Assembly: GCA_964650355.1 (NCBI GenBank)
Contig: CAZYTL010000003.1
Coordinates: forward strand, 65,750-129,749
DNA: 64,000 nucleotides
From: an uncultured Gammaproteobacteria bacterium
GTDB taxonomy: Bacteria > Patescibacteriota > Microgenomatia > CAYXHB01 > CAZYTL01
Direction of reading: 5' to 3'
Part shown: one piece after another, positions 27,630 to 38,779 of the stretch
How the letters are laid out: each line of letters starts with the position of its first letter
Position numbering within the stretch: the stretch's first letter is position 1
Made by a program: the position numbers and the translations under genes
The notes under the pieces: generated by a model
The model's input: the letters and a program-made list of their open reading frames with translations, nothing else
The model's database searches: none
Told to the model about the DNA's origin: nothing

Positions 27630-30404
27630 ATGGCAAAACCCTCCTCCCGGTCTCCAAAATCCAAACCCTCACTACCTCGTTCTCAACACTCCGTCTCAAA
27701 CCATCGCTCACCGCGACGGTCACCCCGTCGTCCTAAAAAACCCCAAAAATTCTTCTCCCGCCAGTCATCCCGTACTCAAACATCTACCCGCATCCTCAAA
27801 CTGCTCCCCACCACTAAAAGCTTCGCTCAAGTCATTAAAAAGATCCCCTTTCCCTCTTTCTCCCTTTCCTCCTTCATAACTAACCTTTTTAACTACCTTC
27901 GCAGATTTTCCCCTCAACTAAAACCCCGTTCGCCTCGTCGTCAGCAGCCCACTCCCTCCCACCCCCGAACCCGACCCCAACCCTTCTCATCGCTGCTCAA
28001 GCTTTCCACCTTCAAATCCAAACTCATTGCCTTGGCTCTTATCCTTATCTTGTCCACCGCTCTTTCCACCTATTGGTTCGTCCTCCGTGACCTCCCTTCC
28101 CCCAATAAACTCTCCACAAATCCCTACCCTACCTCCACCCTCATCTACGACCGCCACGGTCAACTACTTTACGAAATCTATGCTGATCAGAACCGCATCC
28201 CCGTCAAACTCGACCAACTCCCCGATTACCTCATCCAAGCCACCATCGCCATCGAAGACAAAGACTTCTATCACCACCACGGTCTTTCCTTCACTGGCAT
28301 CCTCCGCGCTCTCTATAAAAACTCCAAATTCACCCTCTGTCAAATAACCACTCGAAACTGTCAACTCAACTTTCAAGGGGGCTCCACCATCACCCAACAA
28401 TTAGTCAAAAACACCCTCCTTACTCCCCGCCGTACCATCCAACGCAAAGTCAAAGAAGCTCTCCTCACCCTCGCAGTCGAAACCCGCTATTCCAAGGACC
28501 AGATACTGGAAATGTACCTTAACCATGTTCCCTATGGTGGTACCGCCTACGGTATCGAATCCGCCTCCCAAACTTACTTTTCCAAACATGCTTCCCAACT
28601 CTCCATGGCCGAAGCCACCATTCTTGCCGGCCTCCCTGCTGCCCCTACTACCTACTCTCCCTTCGGTGTCGACCCCCACGCCTACAAAACCCGCCAGCAA
28701 CTAGTTCTTAACCGCATGGTAGAAGACCATTACATCACGTCTGAACAAGCCCAACAAATACTCAACACTCCCGTTCAATTTCAACCTCAGTCCAACCTCG
28801 TCCACGCTCCTCACTTTGTTCTCTGGATCAAAGACCTCCTGGTGGCTAAATACGGCCAACAGATAGTCGAACAAGGGGGCCTCCGTGTCTACACCTCTTT
28901 GGACCTTGATCTCCAGGAATACGCCCAACAAACCGTATCCGACCAAATCCAGGACCTCACCAACTACCACGTCACCAACGGCGCCGTCCTCATCACTCAA
29001 CCTTCTACCGGCCAAATCCTGGCCATGGTCGGTTCAGCTGATTACTTCAACACCAAAAACGACGGCAACGTCAACCTTACCCTTCGTTACCGACAACCCG
29101 GATCATCCATCAAACCCCTTAACTACGTTCTCGGCATTGACTCCGGAAACCTTTTTGCTTCGTCTCTCCTCGCCGACCTCCCCACTTGCTTTAGCGTCAC
29201 TGGCCAGGCTCTCTACTGCCCGGTCAACTACGATGGTCAATTCCACGGTCCGGTCCAAGCCCGTTACGCTCTTGCCAACTCCTACAACATTCCAGCCGTC
29301 CGGGTACTCGCTAAAAATGGCATCCAAAACTTTATCGCTACCGCCTCAGCCATGGGTATCACCGGCTGGGATGACCCTTCCCACTACGGGCTCTCCCTCA
29401 CCCTCGGAGGCGGAGATGTCCGCATGGTAGACATGGCCGTCGCCTATGGCACCCTAGCCAATCTTGGCCAAAGAGTCGATCTCAACCCCATCCTCAAAGT
29501 CTCCACTCACACCGGCGAAATTCTTGAAGAAAACTACTGCCCTCCTCTTGACCTCTCTCAAATCATCGCCACCTCATCTCCAGACAATACCGAAACCCAA
29601 AACCCAACCACTGAAAACACCCCCACATCGACGGAATCCGTATCAGAAAATCTTAATCAAACTGACAACTGCCACAACACCTCCGTCCTCTCCCCTGCTG
29701 CCGCCTACATCGTTAATCAAATCCTCTCTGATTCCTCAGCCCGAGCCCCTACCTTTGGCTCTAACCTTAACATCTCCGACCACCCTGAAGTCGCCGTAAA
29801 AACCGGCACCACCAACGACCTTCGCGACAACTGGACCATCGGCTACACTCCCAACTACCTCATCACCACCTGGGTCGGCAATTTTGACAACTCCCCCATG
29901 TCTCACATCGCCTCCGGTATCACCGGTGCTGCTCCCATCTGGAAACAAATCATGACTTACCTCTTAAACGACTACCATCCAGATACTACCGTAGAGGCGA
30001 ACCCCAGTGTAAGTCCTCCAGAAGAGCAGACCCCCACGTCTACTCCAACTAATTACCAATTACTCACTACCGATTATTCAAACGGTTGGCCTCGTCCAGA
30101 TGACGTCGTCGACCTCCCCGTCTGTGTCGAAGACGGCTTGTCTGTCTCCCCAGACCCCAACGCTCCCTGCACCCCTCGGCCGGAAATCTTTATCAAAGAC
30201 CGCATTCCCCAACACCACACCAATTCCCGCCGTCCCTGGCCTATCGACAAAACCACCGGTCAACCCGCCATTGACCGCACTCCGTTGGAAAACGTCGAAA
30301 TGCAGGACAGAACCATCTACTTCGACGTCCTCGGCACCGCCATCTGCGTCGACTGCACCCCACCAGAAGATCCTGTTATCATCAAGTACCCTCTAACCGA
30401 GTAA
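27630..30404 (+). CDS. class A penicillin-binding protein (transglycosylase/transpeptidase)
   Basis: EDKDFYHHHG, GGSTITQQLVKN, RKVKE, GSSIK, SYN, KTG; ATG 27630 follows TACAAT. Confidence 0.93.
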   Translation: MAKPSSRSPKSKPSLPRSQHSVSNHRSPRRSPRRPKKPQKFFSRQSSRTQTSTRILKLLPTTKSFAQVIKKIPFPSFSLSSFITNLFNYLRRFSPQLKPRSPRRQQPTPSHPRTRPQPFSSLLKLSTFKSKLIALALILILSTALSTYWFVLRDLPSPNKLSTNPYPTSTLIYDRHGQLLYEIYADQNRIPVKLDQLPDYLIQATIAIEDKDFYHHHGLSFTGILRALYKNSKFTLCQITTRNCQLNFQGGSTITQQLVKNTLLTPRRTIQRKVKEALLTLAVETRYSKDQILEMYLNHVPYGGTAYGIESASQTYFSKHASQLSMAEATILAGLPAAPTTYSPFGVDPHAYKTRQQLVLNRMVEDHYITSEQAQQILNTPVQFQPQSNLVHAPHFVLWIKDLLVAKYGQQIVEQGGLRVYTSLDLDLQEYAQQTVSDQIQDLTNYHVTNGAVLITQPSTGQILAMVGSADYFNTKNDGNVNLTLRYRQPGSSIKPLNYVLGIDSGNLFASSLLADLPTCFSVTGQALYCPVNYDGQFHGPVQARYALANSYNIPAVRVLAKNGIQNFIATASAMGITGWDDPSHYGLSLTLGGGDVRMVDMAVAYGTLANLGQRVDLNPILKVSTHTGEILEENYCPPLDLSQIIATSSPDNTETQNPTTENTPTSTESVSENLNQTDNCHNTSVLSPAAAYIVNQILSDSSARAPTFGSNLNISDHPEVAVKTGTTNDLRDNWTIGYTPNYLITTWVGNFDNSPMSHIASGITGAAPIWKQIMTYLLNDYHPDTTVEANPSVSPPEEQTPTSTPTNYQLLTTDYSNGWPRPDDVVDLPVCVEDGLSVSPDPNAPCTPRPEIFIKDRIPQHHTNSRRPWPIDKTTGQPAIDRTPLENVEMQDRTIYFDVLGTAICVDCTPPEDPVIIKYPLTE

Positions 30405-30411
30405 ATAAACC

Positions 30412-31548
30412 CTACTCCAGCAATTTAGGTAAATTTACCAGTGCCTCTTCTACCGGAATAATTTCAATCTTTCCCTCCCTCATCGCCCGCTTGCCTCCGT
30501 AAATTAAATAACCCTTGGCCTCAGGATAGTCTTTAAGAAAAAGTTTTAAACCCTTAACCGCCTCAGCAGACAACCGTCGCGACCTTTTAACTTCAAACGC
30601 GCACAAGCCTCTTTCCCCGTATGCCACAAAATCCACTTCCACACCGGTAGCCGTTCGATAATAATAAAATTTATACCCCAAATCCAAATTATCATTAACC
30701 GCCCGCAAATTTTGATAAACCAGATTCTCCAAGGCTATTCCCTCAATTTCTTCCGGTTTATCCAACGGTCCTGCCGGCCTAATCGCCCGATATACTCCGC
30801 TATCAAAAAAGTGAAATTTCGGGTGAACAGTTAACCTTCTTTTCGCCTTCTTGCTAAAAACAGGTACCTTCACTCCTACCAGTAAATCTTCCAAAATCGT
30901 AAAATAATTCTCCACTACCTTTCTCTCTATCGCTGCTTCACGGCCTACGGCTGAAGTATTCAATACCGAGCCCACCGAAAAACTCGCCGTTTCTAAAAAC
31001 CTGGAAAACGCGGCCAAGTTTCTGGTTAAACCTTCCTGAAAAATCTCCTGTTCTAAATAAATCTGAATATAACTCTGTAAATACTTCCCCGGATCCTCTT
31101 CCTGATTAATTGACGGCAGGCACCCAAACCGCAAAGCCGAATCCAAGTCAAAATCTTCAGCCAATTCTATGGCTGTCAGCGGATACATAAACAAGGTCAA
31201 AGCTCTCCCGGCCAATAAATTCTGCCCCCCCTTTCTTAATTTACGGGCATTAGAACCAGTCAAAATAAACTTCCAATGCGCACCTTCAATCAATCGGTGA
31301 ATTTCATTCAGTAATTCTGGGACTCTTTGAATCTCATCCACAATGATATAATCCTCGTGCCCCGCAGGGATATAATTCATCAATCTCTGAGGGTCAGCCA
31401 GTAAAGCATTAAACACTTCCGCCTCCAAAAGATCTAAATATACCGCCTTGGGAAAGGTAGTCTTCACCCAAGTCGTCTTCCCTGTACCCCGGGGCCCAAA
31501 AAGAAAAAAACTTTTATTCTCTGGCGGTTTAAGCAATCTGGAATACAT
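30412..31548 (-). CDS. AAA_14 ATPase with DUF4143 (PD-(D/E)xK-like) C-terminus
   Basis: GPRGTGKT, IVDEIQ, LTGS, LAGRA, FFDSG, YYRT..GVEVDFV, FEVK. Confidence 0.9.
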   Translation of the reverse strand: MYSRLLKPPENKSFFLFGPRGTGKTTWVKTTFPKAVYLDLLEAEVFNALLADPQRLMNYIPAGHEDYIIVDEIQRVPELLNEIHRLIEGAHWKFILTGSNARKLRKGGQNLLAGRALTLFMYPLTAIELAEDFDLDSALRFGCLPSINQEEDPGKYLQSYIQIYLEQEIFQEGLTRNLAAFSRFLETASFSVGSVLNTSAVGREAAIERKVVENYFTILEDLLVGVKVPVFSKKAKRRLTVHPKFHFFDSGVYRAIRPAGPLDKPEEIEGIALENLVYQNLRAVNDNLDLGYKFYYYRTATGVEVDFVAYGERGLCAFEVKRSRRLSAEAVKGLKLFLKDYPEAKGYLIYGGKRAMREGKIEIIPVEEALVNLPKLLE

Positions 31549-31658
31549 AATTCCATTTTACACACACTTCTGGAATTGTCAACTCCAAAAAACACCGCAA
31601 ACAGCCTCAAAAAGGAAATCTCACCCTTAAATAACTCCCTCTTCCCGCCTCCTAGACA

Positions 31659-31713
31659 GATTACACTCCCCCCCAAAAACCCCATCATCATCAAGTACCC
31701 CTTATCCGAATAG
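31659..31713 (+). repeat. degenerate direct repeat of the 3' end of the PBP gene (30351-30404)
   Basis: atcatcaagtaccccttatccgaatag vs atcatcaagtaccctctaaccgagtaa. Confidence 0.7.
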
Positions 31714-31842
31714 AACTGTTTACCTTTCAAGACCCTTCACTAAAACCGCATCAATCGCTCATTAAACTGCTATCTCCACCCATCATTACCTTTACTCCAG
31801 AACTTACTCTCATTATTTTGAAGCTCGTAAATACTTACTCAG

Positions 31843-32352
31843 TTAACTTTCGGAAGGCGTTTCAACCAACCAGTCCTTATCTATTATCTCGCGGGCAAGT
31901 ACTTTAGGATCAGGACAAAAAGCATCAGTATCTCCCTCTCGAGTAACTAAACCTCTCTTTCTACATTCCCTTTCCACCTCTCCCATACTATAAAGAATGT
32001 CCCAAGTCATGGATGGGACTCTCTTCTCAGCTACTTTTTTTGCTAGGCGATAATTTAAAACCAATAATCCTTCACCCAATGACCTAGGGCGAGGCGTTCT
32101 CCCAGAATCACAGGCAAAACTCAAAACCATTTGAGCCGCTCTCTCAACTCTCCTCAAATCTCCCTTGTCATAACGCGAACCACCCTCACTAATCTCTCGT
32201 GCTATCTTTAATCTAGCTAAAAAATTAGCCGATTCCAGACCTATTCCTGATCCGCCTTCATCCAGATCACCTCTCAGTGCTTGCTCAAGCATCGATGTCC
32301 GTACCAATTTCTCCTCATCAACACTCCTCTCACGTTCTGTACTCACATCCAA
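31843..32352 (-). CDS. hypothetical protein
   Basis: 169-aa ORF, co-oriented with neighbours. Confidence 0.55.
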   Translation of the reverse strand: MDVSTERERSVDEEKLVRTSMLEQALRGDLDEGGSGIGLESANFLARLKIAREISEGGSRYDKGDLRRVERAAQMVLSFACDSGRTPRPRSLGEGLLVLNYRLAKKVAEKRVPSMTWDILYSMGEVERECRKRGLVTREGDTDAFCPDPKVLAREIIDKDWLVETPSES

Positions 32353-32378
32353 AAGCTCCTAGAATTAAAATAATTATC

Positions 32379-32660
32379 TCAACTGATCCCCAAAAATTCC
32401 TTCTGATACTCAAGACGATTATTCCTAAACTCTGTCAGCAAGTTAATTAATTCCGTGTCCCCTGCTGCAATTGCTGCATTCTCTAACCGTTCGTATTCCT
32501 TATCTAAAAACTCATTCAGTTCTTCAAAGGCCTCAAAATCACCAACCTTACCCTGCTTCAAATCATCAAGCAAAGAAAGATATTTGACTTTGCTAGCCTC
32601 CTCAAGCAGTTCAGAGTTGTTAATTATCTCTCTGAGTGGTTGGTAAATGTCATCATTCAT
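32379..32660 (-). CDS. small acidic hypothetical protein
   Basis: 93-aa ORF preceded by TATAAT. Confidence 0.6.
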   Translation of the reverse strand: MNDDIYQPLREIINNSELLEEASKVKYLSLLDDLKQGKVGDFEAFEELNEFLDKEYERLENAAIAAGDTELINLLTEFRNNRLEYQKEFLGIS

Positions 32661-32680
32661 ATATACTGCATTATATTATA

Positions 32681-34617
32681 CTAACGTCTTCCAGAAAGCC
32701 GACTCACGGCTCCCCTAAATTGATCAGTAAATGACAGGGCCCCCGCCAATATACCTCCCGCAGCAGCTAACTTTTTAATCACCTGTGCTTGTTGCATCAA
32801 CTCATCAGCTCTCTCTGGACCTAGCTCCTTTAGTTTATCAAGATGAGCTGCTTGCTTCAATGCTTCTACCAATAAAGCCGATTTATCTCCTAATTGCGTT
32901 GCCATTACTTCTCCATACTGCGCAGCATGCTCCGCAACGTAATTCTGTAGTTGGTTTACATCAACACCCAATGTACTTGTTAACTGATCGATAGATCTCC
33001 ACAGAGCCGTACTTTTTTCTGGCGCTTCCAAAATCGCCTGTGCTTCTAGTCTTCTAGGTCTCACTCCTACATAATTGGCAACACCTAAAACAATACCACA
33101 AGCTACGACAGCCTCAGCACCTCTAACCCCCGTCTCTGCCAAAGAAGATTTCAATTTCCCAGACCTCACCCCATCTGCCACTAACAACCCATTTATCCTC
33201 GCGTCAACATTTCCCAGCAGGGCCGTCCTGAGTTCATCGTTGGCCTCTAACGATTTCACCAGGGTCTGCACGCGATTAACATCTTCAGGATTAACTTCCT
33301 GCAATTGACTCCTTATCTGCCTTTCCACTTCTTCGCACTCCACCAACTTGGCAAAAAGCTCGCTTCTTTCCTCACCTTCTTCTTCCTCTGGCACCAATTC
33401 CATGTCAATCTGGCGCTCTTCTCCTTCACCAGTAACCATAATACGACAACCTAAAGCTTCCTCTACAGACTGCCTACCAACATGTTTAAATGCCCATCTT
33501 CTTAACGGATCTACTAACTCATCTTCATGCTCTGCCTCATAAGAACTCAGACCCTCCTCAGTTAAAAACTCATTGCTCAAGGGTTTCTTTGTCAATCCGG
33601 GTTTCTCAATTAATACTCTCACTTTGTCAGCCGCCGCAGTCACCGCTTCTGGTGAGTTGCCTTCTCTCTCCAAATCGCTTCTTAAGTTTTCAACCAGCTG
33701 TTCACTGCTTCTAGCAATTTGCAGATTCCTTCGATCTTGTTGACCGTCAACTGTAGCTGTGAAATTACCTTCTTTGCCCACAAAAACATCAGAGCCCACA
33801 ATCTCGTCCATCCTCCTCGCCAAACTAATTTCCTTTTTATCTATAGCCTCTTGAACTTGCCGCAAAACCTCGCCCTGCTGCATTACCCCTTCCCTTAAAG
33901 GTAATTCTACCGCCGCTTGTTCAATCACCCGTCTGGCTGCCTCCACCCTAGCTGCATGATAAAATGGCATCTCTTCCTCTACTTGTTTAAGAAATTTTAC
34001 CGCCGCTTGTACTTCTGCCAGTTGCTTCGAAGCTTCTCTATGTACTCCTCGGTTTTCTAACTCCTGCCCGAGTTCTCCAAGCACATCGCCTGCTCGTATT
34101 TCCTTTCTTCTTTCAATTGCCGCCGCAATTTTACCCTTTGCCTCCTTTAACTGCGTATCTGCTTCAGCCTGGGATGCCAGTATCGCCTGTCCCACCCCAC
34201 TAATTCCTCTATCAAAGTTGCCCCTTTCCGGGCGTGAAATATTGTCTCCTTGACCCAGCAATGACCAATGCACTCTGTCCATCTCATCAAGATCTTCAAT
34301 CCTTTTCGTAACCTTTGCCAATTCAACCCTGCCTTCTCTTTCATCCCTTCTCGCTTCTTTTTTCTTTCTCCGTGCTTCCTTGAACGGTTTTAATAAATCT
34401 GGCCTGGTCGTTTCTACCGTACCTTCCAAGCCTGCAGCAATCATCTCTGTCTGTCCGTCTAAGAGGGGAAGTACATATCCAAGACTCGACTGTATATAAA
34501 AAGAAACTTACCCTCATTTAAATGCTCTCCAATCGCCTCTCGTCCTAACCTAGTTAACTCTTTAGGTAAAGTAACGGCTTCGCGATTAGTATCTCCTGAA
34601 GGTCCCGTTTCATCCAT
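32681..34617 (-). CDS. large helical/coiled-coil hypothetical protein; probable true start at 34617 with a frameshift near 34500
   Basis: 587-aa ORF 32681-34444; upstream ATG 34617 follows TATAAT and would join with one extra T in a T5 run. Confidence 0.55.
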
Positions 34618-34719
34618 ATTAAGGGCTTATTATAGCTCAGCTCCTCTAGCATAGCATAGAGTCTTTTCGTACACAATAGTCATTTCTACTTTTTATACAA
34701 AATCCGTTAAAATAGCCTT

Positions 34720-36069
34720 ATGCTAAAAAAAATCCTTTTCCTTACCATTCCCCTCTTTCTCCTTCTTCTCCTCATTCCCGTCAAGCTCGCCTATGACCAA
34801 TTTACCCAACCAGTCACTTTCGTGTCTCCCGAAAGCTCTCGTGTCCTCTCTGCCTCCACCGATAAACTAGCTAACAGCTATCAGCTATCAGCTAACAACT
34901 ATGTAATCCTCGGTTTCCTCCCCTATTGGCTTCTCAACCAAGCCGATTACCTTCAATACGACAAGCTCACCCATATCGCCTACTTTGGTATTGAATACGA
35001 CGAGCAAGCTCAACTCCTCACCAAACTTCCTGACGGTAGCCAAGAACTCGGTAACTATCGTCTGGGCCAAAACACCCTCTCCCATGTCATCCGTCTGGCT
35101 CGAGAGAACCAGACCCAACCCATCTTAACCGTCAAAATCCTCAACAACGAAGGTATCCAAGCCGCTGTCGCTCCTCAAAACCGTGCCTCAGTCATTGCCC
35201 ATCTCATCCAAACCATGCAACAACACAACTTCACCGGCCTTAACATCGACTTCGAATATATCCATGAGCCCACCGTCGAAACCCAAACCCAATTCACCCA
35301 ATTCATTAAAGAGCTCCGTCAACAACTTCAGCCAAAGGCTGATCAGCCTCTGGCTGACAATAACTATCAGCTATCAGCCAACAGCTATCAACTAAGTTTA
35401 GACATCTACCCCGACACTGCCGCCAAACAATCCCAACGCCTCTGGCAGCTTACCGACCTGGCCCCTTACGTTGACTACTTCATCGTCATGGGTTACGATT
35501 TCCACCGTACCACCTCTCCTCAAGCCGGGCCTGTTGCTCCCATCCACGGCGCGCCCCAACGCTGGGAAGAAGACCTCAGCACCAGTCTCGCTCAGATTTC
35601 CCAACTGGCTCCTCCTAACCAAATCATCCTCGGTGTCCCCTACTACGGTTATGAATGGACTACCTACACCAACCAGCCCAACTCCGCCACCCTCACCAAG
35701 TCTGGCCAGCTCGCCTCCTATTCTCGCATCAAAGACACCTTCCCCGATTGCCTCAATCCCCAAAACTCTCAATTATCTTTCCCATACTCAATACCTGCCC
35801 GCAATGCTTCGCAAAGCGATGCAGGCGGGCCAAATACTAAATACGAAATACTGAGCTGTGCTCTAGATCCCGACGCCCTTTCTCCCTACCTCATCTATAA
35901 AGACGGCCGCCACTACCAGCAAATCTGGTTTGAAAACCCTCAATCACTTAAACAAAAATACCAACTCGTCAAACAAGCCGGCCTGGCCGGCATCGCCATT
36001 TGGGCCTTAGGCTATGACGCTCCTCACCCTGACCTCTGGAACCTCATCGACCAGGAATTCCACAACTAG
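34720..36069 (+). CDS. glycoside hydrolase family 18 protein, membrane-anchored
   Basis: GFLPYW, LTHIAYF, FTGLNIDFEY, VMGYDFH, LGVPYYG, GIAIWALG. Confidence 0.9.
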   Translation: MLKKILFLTIPLFLLLLLIPVKLAYDQFTQPVTFVSPESSRVLSASTDKLANSYQLSANNYVILGFLPYWLLNQADYLQYDKLTHIAYFGIEYDEQAQLLTKLPDGSQELGNYRLGQNTLSHVIRLARENQTQPILTVKILNNEGIQAAVAPQNRASVIAHLIQTMQQHNFTGLNIDFEYIHEPTVETQTQFTQFIKELRQQLQPKADQPLADNNYQLSANSYQLSLDIYPDTAAKQSQRLWQLTDLAPYVDYFIVMGYDFHRTTSPQAGPVAPIHGAPQRWEEDLSTSLAQISQLAPPNQIILGVPYYGYEWTTYTNQPNSATLTKSGQLASYSRIKDTFPDCLNPQNSQLSFPYSIPARNASQSDAGGPNTKYEILSCALDPDALSPYLIYKDGRHYQQIWFENPQSLKQKYQLVKQAGLAGIAIWALGYDAPHPDLWNLIDQEFHN

Positions 36070-36074
36070 ACCAA

Positions 36075-36344
36075 TCAGGTCTTCGACTTCCTTTTTAGCT
36101 TATAAATTAGACGCCATCCCAAATATAAAACTAACAAAACCACTAATCCTGACAAAAAATAGATAGAAACACATGATTGTTTCGTAAATTTACCTGTAGA
36201 AAAAGTTTCATCAAAAATATTCCAAAAACCACAATAACATTTCTCTACAAACTTTTCCGAGGCAACTTTAACATAGATGCCACCTAAACTCTGACAATTA
36301 ACTCTTCTCAAAATATCACCATAATAAGGCATTCGATAATCCAT
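36075..36344 (-). CDS. small membrane protein
   Basis: Cys-containing N-terminus, C-terminal TM and basic tail. Confidence 0.5.
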   Translation of the reverse strand: MDYRMPYYGDILRRVNCQSLGGIYVKVASEKFVEKCYCGFWNIFDETFSTGKFTKQSCVSIYFLSGLVVLLVLYLGWRLIYKLKRKSKT

Positions 36345-36418
36345 GAATTAATCTTAAACTGATTTGACAAAACTTAGCAATACTAACCTCTCTCGTTCTC
36401 TGCCCGCAAACATCCTCT

Positions 36419-38776
36419 ATGCGAGCCTCTCAAAAAACCCTCATCTATCTCCGCCCTCAATCCCCCCTCCGTAAGATTATCTATCTATTCTTATTTAGCA
36501 CTATCATCTCCCTCTTTCTCACCACCGCCCTCTTCCTTTACCAATACCTCTACACCGACCTCCCGGACATCAACCAACTAATCACTGGCCATCAACAACT
36601 GACCACTACCAACATCTACGACCGTCATCATCGTCTCCTCTATCAAATCTACCAGGACCAGAACCGCCTGCCCGTTTCCATCTCAGAACTTCCTCCTTAC
36701 CTCATCCAGGCTCATATCGCCATCGAAGACCAAAACTTCTACCATCACCTCGGCATCAATCCTCCCGACATCCTCCGCGCAGCCTATGTAAATATTTACA
36801 ACTATCTTAACTGTAAACTTTATACTAAAAACTGTAATCTATCTTTACAAGGCGCCTCGACCATCACCCAACAACTCATCAAAAACACCCTCCTTTCCCC
36901 TCAACGCACCCTCAAGCGGAAACTCCAGGAAATCATCCTCGCCCTCCATTTAGAAAGAAAACTCACCAAAGACCAAATTCTCGAAAAATACCTCAACACC
37001 GTCTCCTATGGCGGCACCGCCTACGGTATCGAAGCCGCCGCCCGCAAATACTTTGCCAAACCTGCCTCTCAACTCAATTTAGCCGAGTCCGCCCTCCTGG
37101 CTGGTCTGCCTGCCGCTCCCACCACCTATTCTCCTTACGGTGCCCATCCCGAACTCGCCCTCACCCGTCAACACCAAGTACTCCAACGCATGTATGAAGA
37201 CGGCTATATTACTGAAAATCAAAAACAGACAGCCATCAGCTATCAACTGACTTACGCCGCTCCTGATAAACAAATCAAAGCCCCGCATTTCGTCATGTAC
37301 GTCCGCAAACAACTTGAAGAGCAATTCGGACCCCAATACCTCACCCAAAACAGCCTCGACATCACCACCTCACTCGATCTCGACCTTCAGGAACTCACCC
37401 AAAACATTCTTCAATCAGAAATCTCGAATCTTAAATCTTTACACGTCACCAACGGCGCCGTTCTCATCACCCAACCCGCCACCGGAGACATCTTAGCCAT
37501 GGTCGGCTCTGTCAACTATTTCGACACCCAACACCAGGGCAACTACAATGCCACCACTGCCCCTCGGCAACCCGGATCCTCTATCAAACCCGTCAACTAC
37601 GCCGCCGCCCTCAGTCTAAATTTAACTGACAACTTAACTCCACAGTACACTGCAGCAAGCCTCATTGATGACTCTCCTGTCACCCTCACCTTTCCTGATC
37701 AGCCTCCCTACACCCCTACTAACTACGATGGCCAATATCATGGTTTGGTCACCCTCCGCACCGCTCTCGCTTCCTCTTTCAACATCCCGGCCGTCAAAGT
37801 GCTTCACAGTTACGGTGTAGAAAAAATGTTCTCCCTTGGCCAACAACTCGGCATCACTACCTGGACCGATCCCCACCGCTACGGCCCCTCTCTCACTTTG
37901 GGCGGAGGAGAAGTGCGCATGACTGACATGGCCGTCGTCTACGGTACCTTCGCCAACCTCGGCTATCGGATAGACCTTAACCCTATCACTGCCATCAACG
38001 ATGCTAATGGCCAAAATTACCTACCCCAAATCCCCAATAACCAAAATTCGACATTTCCACATCACGATGCTCTCGTCCTCGATCCCCGGGTTGCTTTCCT
38101 CATCAATCATATCCTTTCTGATAACCAGGCCCGCATTCCTGGATTCGGTCGTTACTCACTCCTCAACATCAAAGACCACATCGCGGCAGTCAAAACCGGT
38201 ACTTCAGACAACCTCCGGGATAACTGGGCCATCGGTTACACTCCCGACTACCTAGTAGCTGTTTGGGTCGGCAACTTTGACAACTCTCCCATGGATCACA
38301 TCGCCTCCGGCATTACCGGCGCCACCCCCATCTGGCACCAACTCATGACCTATCTCCTCGATGAATACAACACCACCTCTTCTCATGAAACAGAGAGGTT
38401 GTCTGGAGTCACAGAAAATACCGACAATTCTTCTTCTAATGAAGCTAAAATCGATTTTCCCTGGCCGCCGCCAGCAGGCCTCACCCAAGTCTCCATCTGT
38501 CCTCTCACCAATACCCTTTCCTGCCAAGACTGCCCCAACACCCAGGAATGGTTTATTGACGGCACTCAACCTACCGGAACCTGCACCGGCGTCCCCCCTT
38601 CTCCTTCACCCACCATTCCACCGTCACCGCCTACTCCACCGATCACTGCTTCACCGACCACGTATCCTTTCTTTATCCGCACGACCCCTCCCCCTTTAAA
38701 CCCCTACCTCCTCTATCAGCAACGCGATACCTACCTCCAGCAACTCATCGAGGATCTCAAGCGCCAAACACCCTAA
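36419..38776 (+). CDS. second class A penicillin-binding protein
   Basis: EDQNFYHHLG, GASTITQQLIKN, RKLQE, GSSIK, SFN, KTG. Confidence 0.93.
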   Translation: MRASQKTLIYLRPQSPLRKIIYLFLFSTIISLFLTTALFLYQYLYTDLPDINQLITGHQQLTTTNIYDRHHRLLYQIYQDQNRLPVSISELPPYLIQAHIAIEDQNFYHHLGINPPDILRAAYVNIYNYLNCKLYTKNCNLSLQGASTITQQLIKNTLLSPQRTLKRKLQEIILALHLERKLTKDQILEKYLNTVSYGGTAYGIEAAARKYFAKPASQLNLAESALLAGLPAAPTTYSPYGAHPELALTRQHQVLQRMYEDGYITENQKQTAISYQLTYAAPDKQIKAPHFVMYVRKQLEEQFGPQYLTQNSLDITTSLDLDLQELTQNILQSEISNLKSLHVTNGAVLITQPATGDILAMVGSVNYFDTQHQGNYNATTAPRQPGSSIKPVNYAAALSLNLTDNLTPQYTAASLIDDSPVTLTFPDQPPYTPTNYDGQYHGLVTLRTALASSFNIPAVKVLHSYGVEKMFSLGQQLGITTWTDPHRYGPSLTLGGGEVRMTDMAVVYGTFANLGYRIDLNPITAINDANGQNYLPQIPNNQNSTFPHHDALVLDPRVAFLINHILSDNQARIPGFGRYSLLNIKDHIAAVKTGTSDNLRDNWAIGYTPDYLVAVWVGNFDNSPMDHIASGITGATPIWHQLMTYLLDEYNTTSSHETERLSGVTENTDNSSSNEAKIDFPWPPPAGLTQVSICPLTNTLSCQDCPNTQEWFIDGTQPTGTCTGVPPSPSPTIPPSPPTPPITASPTTYPFFIRTTPPPLNPYLLYQQRDTYLQQLIEDLKRQTP

Positions 38777-38779
38777 AAT

